From: an uncultured Actinomycetota bacterium
Lineage (GTDB): Bacteria; Actinomycetota; Actinomycetes; JAFAQI01
Direction of reading: 5' to 3'
NCBI GenBank assembly: GCA_963770565.1
Contig: CAVYQE010000011.1
Location: forward strand, 416,001 to 480,000
DNA length: 64,000 nucleotides
Positions 52,591-61,858 of the stretch are shown one piece after another. The notes below the pieces were generated by a model. It had not been told where the DNA came from, searched no databases, and saw only the letters and a program-made list of their open reading frames with translations. Each line of letters begins with the position of its first letter. The stretch's first letter is position 1. The translations under genes and the position numbers were made by a program.

Positions 52591-53022
52591 TCAAGAGGGT
52601 GGGCGCCAACCCCTGGCGAGGGTTGTCTGGCCCACTTCGATGATGTAGCCGTCGGGATCGCGGATGTAGCAGCGGATCTCGGTCTCGTGCACCTTGGGCG
52701 GGGTGAGGAACTGCGCGCCCCGGGCGCTCCACTCCTCGTACACGGCGTGGATGTCCGCAACCCGGAGGTTGAGGAAGCTGCTCACGCGATCCGGGTCGGG
52801 GGGTGTCTCGAGCGTGACGGTCGGCTTGTCGTCGGTCGGACCACCGCCGACGTTGATGATGACCCAGCTGTTCGCGAGAGCGACGTACGTCACGTCATCC
52901 GCCGCCTCGCCCGAGATGACCGTCCGGCCGCCGAGTACGTCGGTGTAGAAGCGGCGAGAACGATCGACGTCGGCCGAGACGATGAAGTGGGCCACGACCA
53001 TCTGTTGCTCGATGCTGCTCAT
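52591..53022 (-). CDS. VOC/glyoxalase family protein
   Basis: DVDRSRRFY..VLG, LRVADI, YIRDPDGYIIE; GGAGG RBS. Confidence 0.88.
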   Translation of the reverse strand: MSSIEQQMVVAHFIVSADVDRSRRFYTDVLGGRTVISGEAADDVTYVALANSWVIINVGGGPTDDKPTVTLETPPDPDRVSSFLNLRVADIHAVYEEWSARGAQFLTPPKVHETEIRCYIRDPDGYIIEVGQTTLARGWRPPS

Positions 53023-53085
53023 GCTGACCTCCGTTCGCGGAGAGTGACTCCACGGTGCCCCTCATACCGCACATCGTGCCTGCTC

Positions 53086-53642
53086 TCAGGTCCGAGCCAG
53101 CACCGGGAGTCGTTCCACCACGGCCGGTTGCGCCACTGCGGCGGGCGCCGCCGTTCGGCGAACGATCGGCCAGTACGCCGCCGCGAGCAGGACGAGCAGC
53201 GGGCCGGTGTTGGGGTCGGTGGCCGACCCGGTCGCGATCTCGCCGAAGTTCTGTCCCACCATCCAGATCGCCGCGGCCAGCACGATCGCGACCGTCAGGC
53301 GACCCGTCGTACCGCGGTGTTGCCGAGCACGGAGAGCGCGACGCCCCCGAAGGCGACTGCGAGCGCGATCGATGCCTCGGTGCCGTGGTGGGCAAGGGCG
53401 GCCGCGCTGCCTCGGTCGATCGTTTGCAGCCAGTGCGGCTCACCGGCGGCCATGCCTCCAATCGCGTCGTGCAGCGCCGAGGGCGCGCGGTTGGCGGCCT
53501 GCAGTGACTCGAGCGCGAAGCCGGCCCACAGTGCCAGCTACGCCGGGCGCGCGGCGACCCCGCGCCGGCGGCCCGCGGTGGCGACCGCGCCCACGATTCC
53601 CAAGCTGACCGCGCCGGCGGGCGCGACGCTTAGAGCCCTCAT
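53086..53642 (-). pseudogene. Disrupted membrane protein gene
   Basis: GGAGG+ATG 53642; in-frame TAG at 53538-53540; frame continues (AAGEP.WL..ID) then shifts near 53300 into GQNFG..TGSATDPNTGPLL. Confidence 0.65.
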
Positions 53643-53815
53643 GTTGCCTCCCTGTGAAGCGACGGGCGACTTGCCCGGCTTCACGCAGGCTGTCGGGCGA
53701 ACGTCACACCAGCGTCAGAGGAATACCCGGACTGGCCGGGCCGGGATTTCGGGCTCACAGCCGACACACAGACGCCGGTCACAGTGCCTTCAGGCCGGGC
53801 TGGCACAAAGGTGAC

Positions 53816-54109
53816 ATGGCATCGAAACCTCGGCCGGGCAGCGTTCGGGCAATGGGTGCGCGCCGGCTCCAACGGGCCACCGTGGGAATGGTGGTGCTCG
53901 GAGTCGGTGGCGTCGCCGGGATCGCCGTCCACGACGCGCAACTCCACCAGGCGAGCTCGGGCTCGACCTCGGTGAGCCAGAGCTCCACGACCGAGAGTGC
54001 GGTCGACGGCACGAGTGGTGGCAGCACGAGCAACACGTCGAGCTCGGGCGGATCGTCGACCCTGCTTCCGACCCAGTCGGTGCCGCAGGCGACGTCAGGT
54101 GGGTCATGA
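53816..54109 (+). CDS. Small exported Ser/Gly/Thr-rich protein ending TSGGS
   Basis: RR + hydrophobic segment; low-complexity tail; ATGA overlap with apbE. Confidence 0.75.
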   Translation: MASKPRPGSVRAMGARRLQRATVGMVVLGVGGVAGIAVHDAQLHQASSGSTSVSQSSTTESAVDGTSGGSTSNTSSSGGSSTLLPTQSVPQATSGGS

Positions 54110-55077
54110 GCACGAACACGCTCACCGGGCCCGCACCGGAACTCGTCTCGGCCGACTGGACCGCGCTCGGCTGCTCGGTCCGGCTCGTGGTCAACGAGCC
54201 CGACGACCTTGCGGTCGCCCGCGCGATCCTCACCGACGAGCTCGCCGCGATCGACCGCGCGTGCAGCCGATTCAGAGCCGATTCAGAGCTGTCGGCGATC
54301 GTTGCTGGGCCGCATCGACCGACTCCAATCAGCCCGTTGCTGGCTGAGGCGATCGCCGTCGCGCTGGAGGCCGCGGAGGCCACCGATGGCGACGTCGACC
54401 CCACCGTCGGCGGGTCGATGGTCGCCGCGGGTTACGACCGAGACTTCGAGCTGATTGCCACCGATCCCGGACCGGTCACCGTGGTGCACCGGCCCGCGCC
54501 CGGTTGGCGGCGGGTGACCCTGGACCCAATCGCGCGCACGCTGAGCCTTCCGTTCGGGCTGCAGCTCGACCTCGGCGCGACCGCGAAGGCACTCACCGCC
54601 GACCGGGCGGCCTCCCGGATCAGTACGGCGATCGAGGGCCGCGGCGCGCTGATCGCCATCGGTGGTGACATCGCGGTCGCGGGGGAGTCACCGGCTGGTG
54701 GTTGGAGCATCCGGGTGCAGGACATCACCGGACCGGTCGAAGCGCCGGTGGCCGGGCCCACACAGGTCGTCGCCCTCACCGGTGGCGGGCTCGCCACCTC
54801 TAGCACGACCGCACGTCAGTGGGTGCGCGGCGGCCGGGTCATGCACCACATCCTCGATCCGCGAAGCGGTGTGCCGGTGGCCTCGCCGTGGCGCACGGTC
54901 ACGGTTGCCGCGCCCACCTGTGTGAGCGCGAACGTCGCGAGCACCGCCTCGGTGGTGCGCGGGATCGACGCGATCGACTGGTTGATCGGCCGGGGTCTTG
55001 CGGCTCGACTGGTGGATGTCGACGGTGTCGTCACGGTGCTCCCGGGCTGGCCGGAGCCGGTCGGTGCGCTCCGATGA
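54106..55077 (+). CDS. apbE: FAD:protein FMN transferase
   Basis: ALG, SRFR.DSELS, DPTVG, LDLGATAKA..AD, GGDI, ATSS, HHILDPRSG. Confidence 0.92.
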   Translation: MSTNTLTGPAPELVSADWTALGCSVRLVVNEPDDLAVARAILTDELAAIDRACSRFRADSELSAIVAGPHRPTPISPLLAEAIAVALEAAEATDGDVDPTVGGSMVAAGYDRDFELIATDPGPVTVVHRPAPGWRRVTLDPIARTLSLPFGLQLDLGATAKALTADRAASRISTAIEGRGALIAIGGDIAVAGESPAGGWSIRVQDITGPVEAPVAGPTQVVALTGGGLATSSTTARQWVRGGRVMHHILDPRSGVPVASPWRTVTVAAPTCVSANVASTASVVRGIDAIDWLIGRGLAARLVDVDGVVTVLPGWPEPVGALR

Positions 55078-55637
55078 GCAGCGCCGCCCTGTGGTATCTC
55101 AGTCGCGCGACCGGGCTGGTGTCCTTCGTCGTCCTGTCGCTGGTGGTCGTGCTGGGCACCACCGTTGGCCGCAAGGGCAAGATCCCCGGCTTGCCGCGCT
55201 TCGCTGGAGTTGGGCTGCATCGCAACGCGGCGCTGTTTGCCGTCGTATTGCTGGTCATTCACATTGCCACCGCAGTGATGGACCCGTTCGTGGCGATCGG
55301 CCTGGTGTCGGCGATCGTGCCGTTCACCTCGGGGTACGAGCCGCTGTGGCTTGGGCTCGGTGCGCTGGCGATCGACCTGACCGCTGCCGTCGTGGTGACG
55401 AGCTTGCTGCGGTTCCGGATCGGCATCAAGGCGTGGCGGGCCGTGCATTGGCTGGCGTACGCGGTGTGGCCGCTGGCTGCGATTCACGGCATCGGTGCCG
55501 CCGCGGACCTGCGAAGCGGTCTGTTGCTGGACGTGGTGCTGGCGACGATCGCCGGCGTCCTTGTCGCGGTCGCGGTCCGCGTGATCGGCATGGTGTCGCC
55601 GAAGCCGCGACCGAGACCCGTCACCCAGGGTTCGTGA
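55074..55637 (+). CDS. Ferric reductase-like transmembrane (heme b) protein
   Basis: WY.SRATG, LHR..H, TSLLR, WRAVH..AY...H; ATGA overlap. Confidence 0.88.
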   Translation: MSSAALWYLSRATGLVSFVVLSLVVVLGTTVGRKGKIPGLPRFAGVGLHRNAALFAVVLLVIHIATAVMDPFVAIGLVSAIVPFTSGYEPLWLGLGALAIDLTAAVVVTSLLRFRIGIKAWRAVHWLAYAVWPLAAIHGIGAAADLRSGLLLDVVLATIAGVLVAVAVRVIGMVSPKPRPRPVTQGS

Positions 55638-55812
55638 GCCGTTAGCGATGCCCCAGCATGGCTAGGGCATCTCAAACCGGTGGCGAGCCGGCTAGGTAAT
55701 CTCGAAGGCCTCACGCCGACCCGCAGAAGTCCGATCCGACTCACGGTGGCGACCGTACTGTGTGGTTCCGTCGCTCGCAGCGGTTTGTCCACCGACCCGA
55801 GAGTGCAACGGC

Positions 55813-55858
55813 GATCGGGCCACGCCGACGAGTGAATGCTCGGCGGCGCGGCCCGATC
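55813..55858. terminator. GC-rich hairpin between convergent genes
   Basis: GATCGGGCC...GGCCCGATC arms with further internal pairing. Confidence 0.5.
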
Positions 55859-55875
55859 TCGGGGACTGGCTGTGC

Positions 55876-56529
55876 CTACGCGGTGGGATCCTCGTCGGCC
55901 GGCGTACCAGGGGTGGTCGTCGGTTCGACGTCGTCATCCTCGGCGAGGATGCGGTAGAGGTCGCGCCGGGTGGCGTTGAGCACGCTGATCGCCTTGGCGA
56001 CCTGGGCTTCGCTTCCCGCCATGCCGATCTGCCGCACGGCGGCGGCGACCTGCATCACGACGTCGCGCAGCTGGCTCGAGCCGCCGCGCTCGCCGCGGGA
56101 CGCTGCCTCCCAGGGCAGTGGGCCGTCCTTACGGGACTCGGCCTCGGTCCGCCCGGCGTCGGTTAGGGTGAATACCCGCTTGCCGTCGGACTCGGTGGCC
56201 GTCACCAGCCCTTCGTCCTGGAGCAGCTGCAGGGCCGGGTAGACCGAGCCGGGGCTCGGGGTCCACGCGCCGTTGCTGCGCTCGACGATCTCCTGGATGA
56301 CCTGGTAGCCGTGCATGGGCGATTCGCTCAGCAGGGCTAGTACGGCGGCGCGGACGTCGCCGCGGCCGGCTCGCCGGCCGGACTCGAAGGAGCCGCCGAG
56401 GCCGCGGCCACGTGGGCCGCCCCAGGCGCGGTCGAACCCGCGGCCGTGGCGGTGCCCATGGCGCTCGTCGCGTCCCCCGCGATCGTGGATCCGGCGATGG
56501 GCCGAATCTTCGGTGTGGTGCTGTTTCAT
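55876..56529 (-). CDS. PadR family regulator with His/Arg/Gly-rich N-terminus
   Basis: RGDVRAA.L.LL.E.PMHGY, PSPGSVYP.L; AGGAG RBS. Confidence 0.92.
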   Translation of the reverse strand: MKQHHTEDSAHRRIHDRGGRDERHGHRHGRGFDRAWGGPRGRGLGGSFESGRRAGRGDVRAAVLALLSESPMHGYQVIQEIVERSNGAWTPSPGSVYPALQLLQDEGLVTATESDGKRVFTLTDAGRTEAESRKDGPLPWEAASRGERGGSSQLRDVVMQVAAAVRQIGMAGSEAQVAKAISVLNATRRDLYRILAEDDDVEPTTTPGTPADEDPTA

Positions 56530-56565
56530 GTCTTTCTCCTTGCTACCGAGCACTCGGATGTGCTC

Positions 56566-56577
56566 GCGATATATCGC
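56566..56577. promoter_or_regulatory. Probable PadR operator
   Basis: Perfect palindrome GCGATATATCGC in the divergent padR/GNAT promoter region. Confidence 0.6.
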
Positions 56578-56631
56578 TAACATATCACAACCCATCGACT
56601 ATTCCCACCTGGATCCGGCTTAGATGGACCG

Positions 56632-57105
56632 ATGATCGAGCTGCGGCTGGCGACCAGCGCCGATGTCGAGGCCTGCCTCGCGGTTCAGCGGCGCTCGGCG
56701 ATCACCGGCTACGCGCACATCTTTCCGCAGGAGCAGTACCCCTTCCCGGACGATGTCGTCCGGGCCGAGTGGGTCGAGCGGCTCGGCAGCGAGGCGACGG
56801 TCGTGCTGGCCGCCGAGGCGGGCCAGATCGTCGGCACGGTCAGTGCCCGCCCGCCGCGGCTCGAGGCGCTGTTCGTCGTACCGGAGTCCTGGGGTGCAGG
56901 CGTCGGCGACGTGCTGCACGCTCGCGCGCTCGAGCTGATCGCCCACGCCGGGTACGACGAGGCCGAGCTCGAGGTGATGGCCGACAACGCCCGGGCCCGC
57001 CGGTTCTACGAGCGGCACGGGTGGGCGCCGGACGGACGGCAGCTGCGCTCGCCGTTCCCGCCGTTTCCCGAGCTGGTCGGATACCGCCGCGCGCTCGACC
57101 GCTGA
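56632..57105 (+). CDS. GNAT N-acetyltransferase
   Basis: LFV.P..WG.GVG, L.V..DNARARRFYER.GW. Confidence 0.88.
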   Translation: MIELRLATSADVEACLAVQRRSAITGYAHIFPQEQYPFPDDVVRAEWVERLGSEATVVLAAEAGQIVGTVSARPPRLEALFVVPESWGAGVGDVLHARALELIAHAGYDEAELEVMADNARARRFYERHGWAPDGRQLRSPFPPFPELVGYRRALDR

Positions 57106-57140
57106 CCGTCCGCGCGCCGCGGGCGTGTCAGTATCGACGC

Positions 57141-58022
57141 ATGAAGCGCGACGAGCGGTTGCTGCTCGCTGCGCTCAGTTTGCTGGCCGCCTTCCTCATC
57201 GGTGAGCTGGTCGCGGCGGTGCTCGCCCACTCGCTCGCGCTGCTGTCCGACGCCGGGCACATGGCCACCGACGTCATCGCACTCGCCGCGGCGGTCGTGG
57301 CGGCCCGGCTGGCGCGGCGACCGGCGGTCGGGCACTGGACCTTCGGACTGGCGCGGGCCGAGATCCTGTCGGCGGCCATCAACGGGATCACCCTGGTCGT
57401 AGTGGCCGCGATCGTGACGGTCGAGGCGATCCGGCGGTTGATCCACCCGGCAACGGTCGGCGGGACGACGGTGATCGTGGTCGCCTCGATCGGCCTGGCG
57501 GTCAACCTGGTCGTGGCGTCGGTGCTCGCCCGCGCTGAGCGCCGGTCGCTGAACGTCGCCGGAGCGATCGCCCACGTGATGACCGATGCCTATGCGTTTG
57601 CCGCGACGATCGTCGCCGGCGTCGTCATCGTGACGACGGGATGGCAGCGCGCCGACCCGATCGCGTCACTGGTGGTCGTCGTGCTGCTGCTCCACGCGGC
57701 CCGCGGCCTGATCGCCGCGTCCGGCCGGGTCCTGCTGGAGGCGGCGCCCACCGAGGTCGACCTCGCGCTGGTCCGCGAGCACCTGATGGAGTCGCCGTAC
57801 GTCGTCGACCTGCACGACCTGCACGTGTGGACGGTCACCTCAGGGCTGCCGGCGCTGTCGGTGCATGTGGTGATCGCCGAGGACTGCTTCTCGACCGGCC
57901 GGGCGCCGGTCCTGCTCGACGAGCTCCAGGCCTGCCTCGCCGGCCATTTCGACGTCGAGCACTCGACCTTCCAGCTCGAGCCGGCCGGCCATAGCGAGCA
58001 CGAGGCCGCGACCCACCACTAG
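57141..58022 (+). CDS. Cation diffusion facilitator (CzcD/ZitB-like)
   Basis: SLALLSDAGHM.TD, HV..D, HDLHVW, HSTFQLE. Confidence 0.93.
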   Translation: MKRDERLLLAALSLLAAFLIGELVAAVLAHSLALLSDAGHMATDVIALAAAVVAARLARRPAVGHWTFGLARAEILSAAINGITLVVVAAIVTVEAIRRLIHPATVGGTTVIVVASIGLAVNLVVASVLARAERRSLNVAGAIAHVMTDAYAFAATIVAGVVIVTTGWQRADPIASLVVVVLLLHAARGLIAASGRVLLEAAPTEVDLALVREHLMESPYVVDLHDLHVWTVTSGLPALSVHVVIAEDCFSTGRAPVLLDELQACLAGHFDVEHSTFQLEPAGHSEHEAATHH

Positions 58023-58039
58023 GCGCCACCGGCAATCGG

Positions 58040-58405
58040 TCAGCTGGGTTGTTCCTTCGTCAGGTGAAGCAACCAGTCGCGGCCGGTGCGGATCAAGGCG
58101 TACCGGTGCGCGCCGGCCGAACCGTGCAGCGTGAAGACGATCCGGCGCTCGTCGCGGTCGTGCTCCTCCCACCAGCCGGTGTCCGCGATCGACTTCTCCT
58201 GGTCGGTGTAAGTGAGGTGCTCGAGCTCATGGTCCGGGACGGCGACGGCGAGGCGGTTTCCGGCTGGGCTGGTCGGCAGGCCACGCGGCAGCGCCCACGA
58301 ACGGAGGACGCCGTCCTCCTCGAGCCGAAGGTCGAAGTGCGGCCGCGGCTTGCGATGGTCATGCAGCACGAACGCGGGCCGCCCTACATCATCCTCGCCC
58401 TGCAC
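58040..58405 (-). CDS. Stand-alone LigD 3'-phosphoesterase domain protein
   Basis: FV..H....HFDLRLE.DGVL.SWA.P.G.P....RLAV..DH, D.G.W. Confidence 0.85.
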   Translation of the reverse strand: MQGEDDVGRPAFVLHDHRKPRPHFDLRLEEDGVLRSWALPRGLPTSPAGNRLAVAVPDHELEHLTYTDQEKSIADTGWWEEHDRDERRIVFTLHGSAGAHRYALIRTGRDWLLHLTKEQPS

Positions 58406-58422
58406 ACTCTGACCGTAGCGAT

Positions 58423-59448
58423 CTACTGCTCGGCGGGCGCATCAGTCACTTGGTAGCCGACCGGGAAGAGCCTGATCCCGAATCGCTCCGCGATACCCCA
58501 CAAGCCGCGCTGCACCCACACTGCCATCAAGACGGCGACGCTGCCGACGATGATCAGGTACCAACCACCGTGAGACGCGAGCGTCTGCTGCAAGGTGAAG
58601 AAAACGATCGTGCCGATGATCGGCCCTTCCAGAGTGCCGATCCCGCCGATCAGGACGACGAAGATCATGTACGCCGACCACTGCACGCCGTACACATTGT
58701 TCGGTTCGACATTGAGCTGGCTGATTGCGAGCAGGCCGCCGGCGCCACCGGCGCCGATCGCCGCGGCGAGGTAGACGATCCGCTTGGCAAGCGAGACATG
58801 GACGCCGACGCTGCGAGCCGCGGTTTCGTCGTCGCGTACTGCGGTCAGCGCCAGTCCGACCCGGCTGCGAAGGATCAGATAGCAGCCGACCAAAGTCAGC
58901 ACGACAACGGTGAGCGACGCCCAGTAGGTGTAGGCACCGAGCACGACCGGGTCGAAGCCGTCGAGGCCCGGGACGTTGGTGCCGCTACCGCCACCCAGCG
59001 ACGCGGACCTGATCGTCAGCAGCGCGAGGACTTCGGCCACCGCCCAGGTCCCGATCGCGAAGTAGCCACCACGCAGGCGGAAGACGAGCAAGGAGATCGG
59101 TGCCGCTGCGACCGCGCACAACAGTGCCGCAACCGGCAGCGCGAGAAAGGGTTCGATTCCATGCTGGGCCAGCCACAGCACGGAATACGCGCCGATTCCG
59201 ATGTAGGCCTGTTGTCCGACCGACACGAGACCCGCGTAGCCGGCAAGGAGGTTCCAGGTCACGCCGAGGGTCAGCAGGATGAAGAAGTTCACCAGCGTGC
59301 TGGTCGAGCCCTGGCCGAGGAGGAACGGCAGCAGGCCGAGCACGACCACGACGGCGAGTGCCGGCAGCACCGCCCAACGCGAAGTCCGGGTCGAGCGCCT
59401 GATCCGGGACCGCTGGCTGGTCCTGGTAGCAGCCGGCGCCTGAGTCAT
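58423..59448 (-). CDS. HAAT ABC transporter permease (LivM-like)
   Basis: WNLLAGYAG.VS.G, RLRG.YFAI.T, GGIGT..GP. Confidence 0.9.
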   Translation of the reverse strand: MTQAPAATRTSQRSRIRRSTRTSRWAVLPALAVVVVLGLLPFLLGQGSTSTLVNFFILLTLGVTWNLLAGYAGLVSVGQQAYIGIGAYSVLWLAQHGIEPFLALPVAALLCAVAAAPISLLVFRLRGGYFAIGTWAVAEVLALLTIRSASLGGGSGTNVPGLDGFDPVVLGAYTYWASLTVVVLTLVGCYLILRSRVGLALTAVRDDETAARSVGVHVSLAKRIVYLAAAIGAGGAGGLLAISQLNVEPNNVYGVQWSAYMIFVVLIGGIGTLEGPIIGTIVFFTLQQTLASHGGWYLIIVGSVAVLMAVWVQRGLWGIAERFGIRLFPVGYQVTDAPAEQ

Positions 59449-60314
59449 GCGGCCGCCCGGGCCGGGAGCAAGCCACTCGGGCGCACAGCAAGCACGGCGA
59501 GGAAGACCACGTGCCCGGAGAGGACACCAAGGGTCGGGTCGATCTGGGCGCCGATCGTTTGCGCCAGCCCGAGGACGACGCCACCGGCGAGGGTGCCCCA
59601 CAGCGATCCGAGTCCGCCGATGATCACCGCCTCGAACGCGAACAGCAGCAGGTCCGTGCCGCTGGTCGGTGCGAACTGCGAGTACATGCCGAACGCCAAA
59701 CCGGCGAGCGCCACGGTGGCGAATGCGATCGCGGCCGCGATGCCGGTGATGTGTCTCGTGTTGACCCCGGAGATCGACGCGGCCTCTTTGTCGTCGGCGA
59801 CCGCACGGATCTGCCGGCCGGTCGACGTACGGCTCAGGAACAGCTGCACGATCACCAGGACCGCGACCGCAACGACCAGGATTCCGAGCCGCAGGTCACT
59901 GATCGAGATTGTCGTATTGAGGGTGATCGACCGGGTTGCGAGCGACCCGATGTTCAGCGAGTGGCTGTCCGCCGAGAACCCTTCGAGCAGCGCATTCTGC
60001 AGGACGACCGACAGGCCGAACGTCACCAGCAGCGTTGTGAGCGGGCCATTGTCAAGGCTTCGTTGCAACAAGGTGCGCTGTGCGAAGTAGCCAAACGCCG
60101 CGAACATCGGCGGAACGAACAGCAGCGCGTACAGGTCGTTCGTGTGGATCGATGGGAGCAGCGCAATCGCAACGTACGCGCCGAGCACCGCGAGGTCACC
60201 GTGCGCCAGGTTGATGACGCCGACCACGCCGAACAGCAGCGAAAGCCCGCACGCGAAGAGCGCGAACAAACCGCCGAGCAGGACGCCTTGCGCGATCGCG
60301 TTGAGCCAGATCAC
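59445..60314 (-). CDS. HAAT ABC transporter permease (LivH-like)
   Basis: GLSL.FGV..INLAHG, GR.IRA, IIGGLGS..G. Confidence 0.9.
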   Translation of the reverse strand: MIWLNAIAQGVLLGGLFALFACGLSLLFGVVGVINLAHGDLAVLGAYVAIALLPSIHTNDLYALLFVPPMFAAFGYFAQRTLLQRSLDNGPLTTLLVTFGLSVVLQNALLEGFSADSHSLNIGSLATRSITLNTTISISDLRLGILVVAVAVLVIVQLFLSRTSTGRQIRAVADDKEAASISGVNTRHITGIAAAIAFATVALAGLAFGMYSQFAPTSGTDLLLFAFEAVIIGGLGSLWGTLAGGVVLGLAQTIGAQIDPTLGVLSGHVVFLAVLAVRPSGLLPARAAA

Positions 60315-61030
60315 GACGCCACCTCGCCGAACCCGAAGTAAGCGGCTTCGACCTGCTCGGCGCTGTGGTCGCTCGGCCGGCCGGCCAGCGTCGCACGCCC
60401 CTCGAGCAGGCACTGGAACCGTGATGCCACCCGCAGTGCCTGAGCGACGTCCTGCTCGACGATCAGTACGGCCATCTCGTCATCGAGCAGCGCCGGGAGG
60501 GTCTGGTAGATCTGCTGCACGATGACCGGCGCGAGGCCGAGCGAGATCTCGTCCAGCAACAACACTCGAGGGTTGGCCACTAACGCACGGCCGATCGCTA
60601 CGACTTGCTGCTCGCCGCCCGATAGATGGTCCGTCCGCTCGCCCCGCCGGTCCGGCATCCAGGGGAAGAGGTCATAGACCCGGTCAATGGTCCAGCTGCC
60701 GGCGCGGCGGTTGGCGGCGCCCACCTGCAGGTTTTCCTCGACCGTCATCGAGCGGAACAGTCGCCGTCCCTCGGGCACCAGTGCGACGCCGCGTCGGACC
60801 CGCTTGTCGGTCGGCAAGTTCGTGATGTCCTCGCCGGCGAGAGTGATCGTGCCGTTGACCGGTCGATGCAATCCCGCCAGCGTGCGCAGCAGGGTCGACT
60901 TGCCGGCGCCGTTGGCACCGACGACGGCGAACAACTCACCCGGACGCACGTCGAGGCTCACTTCGTGCAGCGCAACCAGCTGGCCATGCCGAACGGTCAG
61001 CCCGTGCGCGACCAACAGCGACTCGGTCAC
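60311..61030 (-). CDS. HAAT ABC ATPase (LivF-like)
   Basis: [33 protein letters not shown]. Confidence 0.93.
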   Translation of the reverse strand: MTESLLVAHGLTVRHGQLVALHEVSLDVRPGELFAVVGANGAGKSTLLRTLAGLHRPVNGTITLAGEDITNLPTDKRVRRGVALVPEGRRLFRSMTVEENLQVGAANRRAGSWTIDRVYDLFPWMPDRRGERTDHLSGGEQQVVAIGRALVANPRVLLLDEISLGLAPVIVQQIYQTLPALLDDEMAVLIVEQDVAQALRVASRFQCLLEGRATLAGRPSDHSAEQVEAAYFGFGEVAS

Positions 61031-61842
61031 GGCGCATCCTTTGCTGGCTCGGCCGGACCCGGCAAAGGCGCAGCGGGAGGTGCGGGCCCGGCTGACGGAC
61101 TTACGTCGGCGACCGTCGAGTCCGTCCCGAGGAAGAGCTCTTTGACCCGCTGGCGCCCAAGGACCTCGCGTGGCTCGCCGTCTGCGATCAGCTGACCAAC
61201 GGCGAGGCAGATCAGCCGGTCGACGCTCGACAGCAGGGCACGGACCACGTGTTCGATCCAGACGACCGCGACCCCGGTGCTGTTGACCCCGCGGACGATC
61301 TCGACCAGCTCTGCGACCTCGGGGTCGGTCAGCCCGCCGGCAACCTCGTCCAGCAAGAGCAGGCGCGGGCCGGTGGCGAGCGCTCGGGCCATCTCCAGCC
61401 GCTTGCGGGAGAGCAGACCCAGACGCCCGGCCGCGGTGTTGGCGTGTGCGCTCAGCCCGACCTGGTCGATCACGTCGAGGGCGCGTTCGGTCGCGGCCGC
61501 CCGGCGCAGGCCAGCGCCCTGCTGGGCCGACACCAGGGTGTTTTCGAAGACGGTCATCCCGACGAACGGGTGCGGTACCTGGAAGGTGCGGCCGATGCCA
61601 AGCCGGCAGCGCCTCGCGGTGTCCATGCCGAGGATCGAACGCCCGTCGAACCTGATGTCGCCGGAGTCGACCGGGAGGTCGCCGGAGACCATCCCGAACA
61701 GGCTGGTCTTGCCGGCGCCGTTCGGCCCGACCACGCCGAGCGTCGCCCCGTCGGACACCTCGAACGACAGGCCGTCCGCGACCAGCACCTGACCGAACCG
61801 TTTGCTGACGGCGTCGAGCGTGAGCAGGGCAGGTGCACTCAT
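61027..61842 (-). CDS. HAAT ABC ATPase (LivG-like)
   Basis: [25 protein letters not shown]. Confidence 0.93.
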   Translation of the reverse strand: MSAPALLTLDAVSKRFGQVLVADGLSFEVSDGATLGVVGPNGAGKTSLFGMVSGDLPVDSGDIRFDGRSILGMDTARRCRLGIGRTFQVPHPFVGMTVFENTLVSAQQGAGLRRAAATERALDVIDQVGLSAHANTAAGRLGLLSRKRLEMARALATGPRLLLLDEVAGGLTDPEVAELVEIVRGVNSTGVAVVWIEHVVRALLSSVDRLICLAVGQLIADGEPREVLGRQRVKELFLGTDSTVADVSPSAGPAPPAAPLPGPAEPAKDAP

Positions 61843-61858
61843 CAGGTCTTGTGTTGTA

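Noticed and set aside
53538-53540. Pyrrolysine or stop read-through at the in-frame TAG
   Set aside because: The same gene also has a frameshift, no pyl genes are seen, and TAG is a normal stop throughout the window
55788-55858. Fifth TCCAC promoter, or third copy of the 46-bp DUF559 hairpin
   Set aside because: No -10 at +44 and no ATG at +56/57; the hairpin shares GGCC-N28-GGCC spacing but not the TGCGTTCTA core, so it is treated as a terminator
56412-58022. 536-aa extended CDF protein
   Set aside because: The N-terminal half overlaps padR and the GNAT in other frames; the CDF begins at ATG 57141
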